The position numbers were made by a program, and so were the translations under genes. Source: a virus (Duplodnaviria; Heunggongvirae; Uroviricota; Caudoviricetes). Taken from it: DNA of 57,793 nucleotides. Below are positions 20,901 to 29,083 of this stretch, in pieces. The stretch lies in the IMG/VR virus record IMGVR_UViG_3300032329_000471, positions 64,001 to 121,793 of that record; one strand, written 5' to 3'. The notes under the pieces were generated by a model, which worked only from the letters and a program-made list of their open reading frames with translations, had not been told where the DNA came from and made no database searches. How positions within the stretch are numbered: the stretch's first letter is position 1; each line of letters opens with the position of its first letter.

Positions 20901-23900
20901 TGTTAAGTCATCAAGGTTTCCGTTAATTCCTCAAAATGAAATACACTCTGAACGTAATAAGTTGAGACTATTAATGGAGAACAATGACATCCAATCTGTC
21001 AACTTTGCTTCAGCTAAAAAACTTGGTAGACCTTCTGAGTCTATACAATTATTTGATGAGAATAATAATTTTGTAATACCAGATTTAACCAGTAAAGAAA
21101 ATACATTTTATCAAACTCTAACTAGAGATGGTTTAAGAAAACAACAAGTTGTACCTGATCAAAAAGATCATATAATGACAATTAGTCAGATGAATCGTAC
21201 TCTTCTAGATGGTCTTCTTGAAAGTGATGGGTTTAAACTTAAAGACTTATCTCTAAAAGGATCTGAACTTAAAAAGTATAAAGAAGCTGTAAGAAGTAAA
21301 TTATTCGAGTTAGCCACTAAAAAATTAGATGATGAACTTGGAGATTTGAGTAGATCACATAGAGGATTACATAAACTACTTACAGATGTAATAAAATCAG
21401 ATACTACAGGTAGTTATACAAGTAATGATCTTAGAGCTTTAGAGCTAGGCGCAGATGGTAAGTTTAAAATACCACTAGAAGTACAGTTTAAGTATAACAA
21501 GTATCAATCTCTAATTAACTCACTTATAAACAAGAACATAATGTTAAAAGTTAACGGTTCTAGTTTTATTCAAGTCAGTGGTATTGGTGCCAAGTATACT
21601 TTTTCTGAAACAAGTAGTAATTTAAAATCTGGTATTATCTGGGTTGATAAGCATATTAAAGATGGTGAACCAACAACTCTTAAATATCTTCGTAATGAAG
21701 ATGGTAAGATACAAGGGGCCCAGGTAATAGTATCACAATACATAAGAGATGAAAAAGGAAAACTAATAGATTTATCACAGTTTATAATAACAGATGAAAC
21801 TGGAAGAAAGATATTAGATACACACGCTTTTACTGATGATATGTTTCAAATGATTGCGTCACGTATTCCAAATCAGTCTCATCCATCTATGCTTCCTATA
21901 GAAGTGGTAGGTTTCTTATCAGGTAATGTACAAAACAGTATTATTGTACCAGATGGTATTACCGGTCAAATGGGATCTGACTTTGACGTAGATAAATTAT
22001 TTACATATCTTTCTAATACAGTTATAAGAAGAAACGATAATGGTAAGATAGATAGAGTAATGTCTACTGACTATAATCTTAAATCTATAGATGATATAAA
22101 TAGTATGAATGAAGAACAGTTATTACAGTTGTATAAAGATATACACTGGGCGGCTCTTACTCATCCTGAAGCATTTGATAAGATAACAAGCTCAGTAGAT
22201 TTACCGGAAGTAAAAGGAATGATAGCTGATAGAAATGTGTTATTAGAAAAATACGGTATTTCTAAAAATATTACATCTTCTCTACCTCTTGATTTTAATA
22301 CTAGTACTGATAGGTTTAATGATAACAGATCTGCTAAAGATGGGGTTGCTATATTCGCAAACTATATCTCAGCTCAAGCTGATTTTCAAGATAAAGTTAT
22401 TACACTAGGTTACACTGATAAAGAAGGTGAAGCTATACTGAACGGTATACAAGTTAAATTAGATAAAAATAAACCAGTTACAGAATTATTATACCTTGGT
22501 AAAGAAGGTAAGTCTGAGTCATTAACAAAAGACGATAAAGGTAAAACACTTCCATTGCGTACTATAGGTGATGTTGTTAATATGATGATGACAGAGTCAG
22601 TTGATAATGTTAAAAATCAAAACCTAAAAGAATTCAATTGGGATAAGAAATCTATGTCCGCTATTGGAGTATTTAGTATGTTAACTGATGAAGATGGAAA
22701 CGCCCCATCTGTTGAGTTTAGCGCAAACTTAACATCTCAATACACTATTTACAAATATTTCAATATACTAGAACAAAAACAAGATAGTTTTGGTGAGTAT
22801 GATGCTGACGCTAAAAAGAATGCTTTTCTTGAAACACAAGATTCTCTTATAAAGAGAATTGAAAAATATAAGTTACTTCCTGCTAATGTAGTAGTAGAAC
22901 AATACTTATCTGATCCTGATAGAAAAGATAAAGTGTTAGATCCAGCTACATTAAAAGATATGTGGGTTGTAGGTATGGCTTTACAAGATGGTGGTTATAA
23001 AGAGTATCAAGATAAAGTAACAGCTAGTCAACCAACAACTGATACAAAACTTATGAAGATCGCTGCAGATTTAAACTTTAAATCTGTAAATGATATGCTA
23101 TTGAAATATTATACAACACAGTTTGATAGTCTTGAATTATTTGATAAATTAGATAATCTTGGTCAAGAATTCAACACTATTCTTGGTAGTGTATATACTT
23201 ATACAAAAGGTATTGGTTCAGACGTATTTACAACTAAACAAAAGATTAATCAATTGATGAAGTTAAAAACATCATCAAACTTTTTAAATCTAGATAAAAT
23301 AGCCGGTAATATAGATAGAGATGAAAATACTGGTATGGTTAATATATCACCTATTGGAGAAATTGGTAACGCTATTAATAATTCTTTAATAAAAGCACAA
23401 TCTTATTATCAAAAGTTATTTCCTATAAGTGTTAGTAAGTCTATTGATAAAATAGCCGGTGCATTAGTATCTACTACAGGTGTAGCTAGATTAACTGATG
23501 TAGGTAAGAATAAATTTGTTTCTACTTATAATGATGCTTTTAGAGGTATTAAGAACTATTTATTTACTGAAAGAGGTCTTGAATTATTTTCTAATGCTAT
23601 AGAAGAAAGAGAGAAACTTATTAATGGACCAACGTCTATTGGAGCGCGAGTAGCTGCTATAAAACAAAGCGGAGATAAACAGTTATCTAGTAATGGGTTC
23701 TTAAAGAATATAGATGTAACTGCTCAGATAAAAGGTGGTGATGCATATGTTATGAGTTTTAAATCACCATTTGGTGGTGATATAGATGAAAACATAGTTG
23801 CTTCTGGTTTCTATGAATTAGTTAATCACCCTAAAGAAGAGATAAGACAACTTGCTAAAGACTTAGCTATATATCCTTTTGCTACAGGAGATGCTGGTAA

Positions 23901-26900
23901 TATAGGTAGATTTATACCTGTAGAATACTTGATGACTGATAAGGACTTTAACAAAGCTATGAAAGACTTAAACTCAACTTATAGTTCTGAAATATTAATT
24001 GATAACCCTTATACATTAGATACACTTATAAAACAAATTGTACAAAATGATCCTAAGACATATAGTAAGAAGTTTAAGTTTGGTACTATTATAGAACAAG
24101 GAGAGAATGATAATACTTTCAAGAAGCTAATAAAACAATCAGGTATTCTTGAAGCTGGTGTTAATGATTTATCTAAAGTTCCTAGTTTTAAATTAAAAAT
24201 TGGTACGTTAGAAGATTATGCTAAAGCTAATCCAAAAGCTTCAGGAATAGTGAGTTCTTTTAAAGTTCCTTTATCTGATGATGAGAAAGAAAGACTTGGT
24301 GATAAAGCTTTATATATAGACTTTAAATATCCTGATTATGTAATGATTACAGATAGTGTCGTTGATAATATGACAGAATATGGTGAGTACAACAGAGATA
24401 ATAACTATCTGTATAAAAGGATGTCTAAAATAGGTGATCCTGAAGCTAGATATCAACGTATTCCTATTTTAGGATATAAAAATATTAGAGAATTTGATTT
24501 TAAAAATGATTCTTTATATTCTGCTATTAAACAAAATCATATTGATAATAGTTTTGTTCCTCAAGTAAAAGCTCAAGAAGCTGAGAGTGTACAATCAGGA
24601 AATAATACATCTGATAAAATATATTCTGAATTAGGTGAAAAGACTCAATCTAAGAATGTAATTCTTCCTAAAGATGTAGATCCTGAAGCTGATAATGTTG
24701 GTATGTCATATACTACAGCTATTGATTTTTGGAGAAAAATAGTACCAGAAGCAATGACTCTGTATAATAAATCTCAACCGTTAATTGTAGCATTTAGAGG
24801 TGATTCTAAAAAAACATTCTTACAGAACTATAAAACTAGTACAAATACAATAGGTAATCCTTTTGATTTTAGAGATGAAGCTGGTGATAGAAAACAACAA
24901 GGTATTACATCTACTAAGAAATTTATAGACTGGATGATTACTGGTAATAATCAAGGTAATCAAAATGCTACAGAAGAATATAGACAAGCTATTATAAATG
25001 ATATCAAATCGGGAAGATTAAAGAATAGTTCTATATTATACTATGAAGAAAAAGGATACGCTACTCATGCGACAGCTTTAGATTATTTGATTAACAAATA
25101 TGATTGGAGTAATCAAGAAACTAAAAATACATCTTCTCCTTTCATAGAAGGTGTACATAAAACTTATGAAGGAAAGATAGAAAAATTAGCTCCTAATCAA
25201 GTGTATGTATTCGGTAGTAATCCAGAAGGAAGACATGGCGCTGGTTCAGCGTTAGATGCTAGAAACAAGTTTGGAGCTATATATGGTAACGGAAGAGGAG
25301 AACAAGGACAATCATATGCTCTTGTTACTAAAAATCTTACTCCAGGGTACACTGAAAAATCTACAGGTATCACTTATGAAAAAGCTGGGGAAAAGAGTAT
25401 AAGTAAAGAACAAATAACAAACAACATTAAAGACTTATATAAGATAGCTTCAGAAAATCCTGAGAAAGAGTATGTAGTAGCTTATAAAAAAGATTCAAAA
25501 AATCTTAATGGATATTCTTCACAAGATATGGCTGATATGTTTTCTAGTCAACCTATTCCTAGTAATATGGTTTTTGAAAAAGGATTTAATGATTTAGTAA
25601 GATCTGGTCAAGAAAAAACTAATGTACAATCATCTAATACAGAACAATCAATAGATAAGAATAACAAAATAAATATCTATTCTACTGAAAAGAACGGATA
25701 TGAAGACTTAAGTAACTTTGCTGTTAGACCTTTTGATGTTGGTGATAATTATAGATTTAATACAGTAGAAGGAGCTTTTCAAGCTTTTAAATTTAGCGAA
25801 ACATTTCCTATACAAGATGATTATCAAGAAATAATCAAAAAACTACAAACAGCTAGCGGATCAGAAGCTAAAACTATTGGAAAAACTATTGAAAATCTTA
25901 ATAAAGAAAAATGGGATGCTAAAAGTTCTTCAATAATGAAGACTGTATTAAAAGCTTCTTTTGAACAAAATCCTGAAGCTCTTGAAAAACTTTTATCTAC
26001 AGGTAATGCTGAGCTCACTCATACACAAGATAATAGTAAATGGAAAACAGAGTTTCCTAGATTATTAATGGAAGTAAGAAATGAACTAAGAAATACAAAA
26101 ACAATTGATCAACCAGCTTTTACAGAGTCTGAAGAACAACAACAAAAGACTAACAACATACAAACAGATATTGTTAAATATGGTAATGGATCATTTAGTT
26201 CACAATTTATTGTAGAACATGAGGGACCTTACTCTGGAGAACTTAAAAAAATATTTTATGTAAGTAAAGGTGAAAAAGGTAAAGAAGTAACTGATCCTGG
26301 GCTGTTTTATAAAGTATCACTTAAACATGATACAATGATACATCCACAAGATGTTGTCACTATTAAACTAGGACTTAACGAACACTCATATTTTATTGAT
26401 ATGGAGGGTGCCGTTGTTTCTTTACAAGAAAGTAGTTATGGTACTCAGATTACATCAAAAGATGTTTTAAAAAGAATATTTCAAGAAAAAGATAAAAAAC
26501 TTGAGGATAAGATTGTTGATCAACATAATGAAGATGTGGTAGAAAAGGTTCCTGAAGGTGAAAAACCTAAGTTTGAATATAATGGAACAAGTGTTACTAC
26601 AGAGTTTCCTTTAAGTGAAGAACAATCACAAGCTCTTAAAAATCTTATTGATTTTGTTGAGAATAAAACTACAGGTGAAGGAGAATATAATGGTGTACAT
26701 ACTTTAGAAGGATATGCTGGTACAGGTAAGACATCTATTATTGGTATACTAGAAAAATATATGAAAGTTAAAGGTGGTGGAGCTAAGTTTATATACATGG
26801 CACCTACTCACGCAGCTACTGTTGCTCTTGGTATAAACATTGTAAAATATGGATCTAAGACTTTTCCAATAACAATTCAATCTTCTATAAGAACAACAGT

Positions 26901-29082
26901 TAAACAAAATAGAGAAATAACAAATTTTACTAGAAAGTTTAATGATAGAGCTACAGGTTTAAAAAACATTATTGTTTTAGATGAAGTATCTATGTTAGAT
27001 AATATAGAATTTAGTAGACTTGTAGCTACAGCTAAAGCTTCAGGACATCGTGTTATTTTCATAGGTGATCCAAAACAAATCACAGCAGTTAAAACTGATA
27101 ATGATGATGATAATAACAAAACAACACCAACTAAAAATATATCAAAAGCTTTTCTTAACCCAAATATAAGTAAGTTAAATCAAATCTTTAGAACTAAAGA
27201 CAACAACATTTTAACTGTTTTAACAAATATAAGAAATGCTAATAAGTTTAATGAACAAATGTTTGAATCAACTGATACATTAAAACAACTTACTAAAAGT
27301 GATTATAATGATGAATTGATTAATGACTTAAAAAATAATGTTGAAGACACTATTATATTAAATTATACAAATGATGGTGTAGCTAAAGCAAATAAAAGCG
27401 CAAGAGAAGTATTAGGATATGAAGGTGAATTAAAAGTAGGAGAAAAAATAGTTGGTTATATTGGATCTGAAACAAAAGAAATAGAAAAAGGAGAATTAGC
27501 TAATTCTGTTACATATGTTGTAAATAATATAGAAAAATCTGAAAATGGTCCTATAACAATAACAGCAACTAGCAAATTACTATCTCATCTTTTAAAAATG
27601 GGGATGGGTGGTATATCTGATTATACAGTATTTACATACTTGAATATGTCTAACGCGGACGTTCATAACTATGGTTTAACTTCTGAACAAATGGAGTTTA
27701 ATAAAAATTATTTAAAACAGTATTTGAAAAAGATTCATGTTCTTAATACTCAGTATGATAATGGTAATGGAAGATTAGAGTATGTTGACTATTTACAAGC
27801 TGTATACCTGGTAAGAAAAGAACTAGCTAGTATAAATACTGGAGCAAAGTATATTTATAATCCAAAAACTGATAGTGTTGAACTTTATAATGAACGTACA
27901 CACGGAAAGTATGGTTTAAATATAGCTCATAATCTGAAAATGGATAAAGGTATAGATTTTGGATATGCTGTTACAGTACATAAATCACAAGGTATGAGTA
28001 TACCTATTGTTTATGTTGATATGGCTAGTATTAGAAACATGAAGCGTACAGATATTCTTAGAAATGGTGAGTTATACAATACAGAACAAAATGCTATTTA
28101 TTATGTAGCTTTATCCAGAGCCTCTCAAAAATTAATTGTTAGTAAAGGTGAAAATGCTAGTACATTCTCACAAGCTCCGAATGAATATATGGAAGATAGT
28201 CCTTTGAGTTTTTTAGATAATAACATGTCAATGTTTCATGATCAGATAGCTATTAACTCTGTATTTGGAGAAGATAGTACAAATATCAGTGTTAATGATT
28301 TACTTAAAAATATAAAAGCAAACGCTAATCCATTTAACACACAAGTAGTAAATTCTATTATAAAAGCTAAACCTAGTCCATTTAAAGTAACAGTAGACTA
28401 TAAAGCTGAAAATCCTGGTATGTATGATCTAAATAGTAAACAAATAACTATCAATCCAACATTAGCTATTAAAGATTATACTGAGATTAAAGATAAAACT
28501 CAAGCTTTACATGATGTAGTTATACATGAGATAATGCATCATCTTACAGCTGATTTACTTAACGCAGATCCTGATACCTTATCTGTAGCACAGAAAAAAT
28601 ATGTATTAGCTATTAAGAATCTATTTAATGATACTCAAAAGAAAATATTAAATGATGAGGAACACAAAGAAGCTCTTAAGAATGCTATAGAACAAACTAA
28701 TAAAGAAGGTGGTTTCTTATCTCAAGCTGATAAGAGTAAGTATTATGGTTTGACTAATGTTCATGATTTTGTATCTATGATGATGAGTGATAAAGGTTTT
28801 AGAAACTTTATGAATCAAACAAAATACTCAGGTAATAAATCTATTATTGACAGGTTTATAGATATCTTAGCAACTCTTCTTGATTTATTCAAAGGTCAGA
28901 TAAAAGAAGATAGTGTTTTACATGAAGGATTATCTAATATTATTGGTTTACTTGGAACAAGAGTTGATGATCAAATACAAAGATCTATAAGAACCGAAGA
29001 GGCTTTTTCATTTAAAGAAAACGTTATGCTAGATAACTTTAATGATATAATAAAATTATTAGATATAAAAACAAAATGTTAA
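17923..29082 (+). CDS. Giant virion-packaged two-barrel RNA polymerase of crAss-like type, with C-terminal DUF4326-like, A1S_2505-like, NADAR, SF1B helicase and zincin domains
   Basis: 3719 aa. Catalytic GSDFDVDK (DFDVD at 21979-21993), SRIPNQ, KRAAGLIAPG and SAKKLG motifs. GYAGTGKT at 26710-26733, DEVSM, IGDPKQ, YAVTVHKSQG, YVALSRA. HEIMH at 28525-28539. Confidence 0.88.
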   Translation: MLCPNIKSPKWHNLVEKIGETNAWREFLAHGEIPEANKYEQSEGNKIQYSIRTKTTEEIQESLKNENVKTGNTIKYTNAVKSMLLARIGDITPNVELTTNPTTAFNNIKDTFNNIKNGLILLMDSVPDEATYNEVVSSPEYSSGEIQKLLPTLKYIKSYEDIGKALSMYSSLVEDFDKYKEYATADLSKLGVIIKNNKITKVDTKDENNDKTDDEKDEIEITAVEQGSQFADGRQFQTNTRDTASQRVKALLHTIKTGETEFGLPLYASPDDVNDDILHIGSKMKLTNFGNNESKLTEFNKALAERAATRTYLGDLQAKIANYINKGDTTVLNQIVTYATKAYANENILLYKSERIGNDITGISNVKIFGNNRDSVEEQVARDWVASHVSSSTGFYITNALNERFPNPVKVDQLKNIIEKAKEVNSDKKELFKNFFDTLGITFSDQDMNVIYNNLATSIRKGQTFDSLFAPNNMLDNIYKSYNDNLNTAFENQYGFQDQGTTMSKLATMYYDLNPQKYNVVSATSADGKNKYLYIETSHVENIKRNWETDREKGTSTHRVFKSAFAKPNLDFWNDAKTGKTKFKLEYFNGSRDESSNRDGKVRKNFTSKEQTVSMFLNHQTANTYISFTLSDKTSSLQTTIDKEFFIDSKKKESGSSNPMGKNVDFGISQSTGAAIYSEAFKNKLYMNLVAPEISRIQASIKAGDRINVEDFQTASKLFYIIPSINIDERLEDFRKDLYAGNNVSKYRALIGQVVLDDMIKSSEKQLEKLVENDVIRRSDKDVYTFHLFNKDYVNRFRQTGLVNRNLALTMIMDLKTNYMNAQVKNLQFFGFDPMNAFKRYSKSFTETDITKFTVDDKLKCINSTWDEFSKRAAGLIAPGSQGTWIWNNVNGKEYRSTTYKAVTAKDVKIAGSETTDAQEFTTVQEHIDFLMSEGDIPLSIWQSIHDKIEAAKNTKDKYYELTGKEMEYLMSPIKPVQFADVNEAENLNRIDYVKSSRFPLIPQNEIHSERNKLRLLMENNDIQSVNFASAKKLGRPSESIQLFDENNNFVIPDLTSKENTFYQTLTRDGLRKQQVVPDQKDHIMTISQMNRTLLDGLLESDGFKLKDLSLKGSELKKYKEAVRSKLFELATKKLDDELGDLSRSHRGLHKLLTDVIKSDTTGSYTSNDLRALELGADGKFKIPLEVQFKYNKYQSLINSLINKNIMLKVNGSSFIQVSGIGAKYTFSETSSNLKSGIIWVDKHIKDGEPTTLKYLRNEDGKIQGAQVIVSQYIRDEKGKLIDLSQFIITDETGRKILDTHAFTDDMFQMIASRIPNQSHPSMLPIEVVGFLSGNVQNSIIVPDGITGQMGSDFDVDKLFTYLSNTVIRRNDNGKIDRVMSTDYNLKSIDDINSMNEEQLLQLYKDIHWAALTHPEAFDKITSSVDLPEVKGMIADRNVLLEKYGISKNITSSLPLDFNTSTDRFNDNRSAKDGVAIFANYISAQADFQDKVITLGYTDKEGEAILNGIQVKLDKNKPVTELLYLGKEGKSESLTKDDKGKTLPLRTIGDVVNMMMTESVDNVKNQNLKEFNWDKKSMSAIGVFSMLTDEDGNAPSVEFSANLTSQYTIYKYFNILEQKQDSFGEYDADAKKNAFLETQDSLIKRIEKYKLLPANVVVEQYLSDPDRKDKVLDPATLKDMWVVGMALQDGGYKEYQDKVTASQPTTDTKLMKIAADLNFKSVNDMLLKYYTTQFDSLELFDKLDNLGQEFNTILGSVYTYTKGIGSDVFTTKQKINQLMKLKTSSNFLNLDKIAGNIDRDENTGMVNISPIGEIGNAINNSLIKAQSYYQKLFPISVSKSIDKIAGALVSTTGVARLTDVGKNKFVSTYNDAFRGIKNYLFTERGLELFSNAIEEREKLINGPTSIGARVAAIKQSGDKQLSSNGFLKNIDVTAQIKGGDAYVMSFKSPFGGDIDENIVASGFYELVNHPKEEIRQLAKDLAIYPFATGDAGNIGRFIPVEYLMTDKDFNKAMKDLNSTYSSEILIDNPYTLDTLIKQIVQNDPKTYSKKFKFGTIIEQGENDNTFKKLIKQSGILEAGVNDLSKVPSFKLKIGTLEDYAKANPKASGIVSSFKVPLSDDEKERLGDKALYIDFKYPDYVMITDSVVDNMTEYGEYNRDNNYLYKRMSKIGDPEARYQRIPILGYKNIREFDFKNDSLYSAIKQNHIDNSFVPQVKAQEAESVQSGNNTSDKIYSELGEKTQSKNVILPKDVDPEADNVGMSYTTAIDFWRKIVPEAMTLYNKSQPLIVAFRGDSKKTFLQNYKTSTNTIGNPFDFRDEAGDRKQQGITSTKKFIDWMITGNNQGNQNATEEYRQAIINDIKSGRLKNSSILYYEEKGYATHATALDYLINKYDWSNQETKNTSSPFIEGVHKTYEGKIEKLAPNQVYVFGSNPEGRHGAGSALDARNKFGAIYGNGRGEQGQSYALVTKNLTPGYTEKSTGITYEKAGEKSISKEQITNNIKDLYKIASENPEKEYVVAYKKDSKNLNGYSSQDMADMFSSQPIPSNMVFEKGFNDLVRSGQEKTNVQSSNTEQSIDKNNKINIYSTEKNGYEDLSNFAVRPFDVGDNYRFNTVEGAFQAFKFSETFPIQDDYQEIIKKLQTASGSEAKTIGKTIENLNKEKWDAKSSSIMKTVLKASFEQNPEALEKLLSTGNAELTHTQDNSKWKTEFPRLLMEVRNELRNTKTIDQPAFTESEEQQQKTNNIQTDIVKYGNGSFSSQFIVEHEGPYSGELKKIFYVSKGEKGKEVTDPGLFYKVSLKHDTMIHPQDVVTIKLGLNEHSYFIDMEGAVVSLQESSYGTQITSKDVLKRIFQEKDKKLEDKIVDQHNEDVVEKVPEGEKPKFEYNGTSVTTEFPLSEEQSQALKNLIDFVENKTTGEGEYNGVHTLEGYAGTGKTSIIGILEKYMKVKGGGAKFIYMAPTHAATVALGINIVKYGSKTFPITIQSSIRTTVKQNREITNFTRKFNDRATGLKNIIVLDEVSMLDNIEFSRLVATAKASGHRVIFIGDPKQITAVKTDNDDDNNKTTPTKNISKAFLNPNISKLNQIFRTKDNNILTVLTNIRNANKFNEQMFESTDTLKQLTKSDYNDELINDLKNNVEDTIILNYTNDGVAKANKSAREVLGYEGELKVGEKIVGYIGSETKEIEKGELANSVTYVVNNIEKSENGPITITATSKLLSHLLKMGMGGISDYTVFTYLNMSNADVHNYGLTSEQMEFNKNYLKQYLKKIHVLNTQYDNGNGRLEYVDYLQAVYLVRKELASINTGAKYIYNPKTDSVELYNERTHGKYGLNIAHNLKMDKGIDFGYAVTVHKSQGMSIPIVYVDMASIRNMKRTDILRNGELYNTEQNAIYYVALSRASQKLIVSKGENASTFSQAPNEYMEDSPLSFLDNNMSMFHDQIAINSVFGEDSTNISVNDLLKNIKANANPFNTQVVNSIIKAKPSPFKVTVDYKAENPGMYDLNSKQITINPTLAIKDYTEIKDKTQALHDVVIHEIMHHLTADLLNADPDTLSVAQKKYVLAIKNLFNDTQKKILNDEEHKEALKNAIEQTNKEGGFLSQADKSKYYGLTNVHDFVSMMMSDKGFRNFMNQTKYSGNKSIIDRFIDILATLLDLFKGQIKEDSVLHEGLSNIIGLLGTRVDDQIQRSIRTEEAFSFKENVMLDNFNDIIKLLDIKTKC

Positions 29083-29083
29083 T

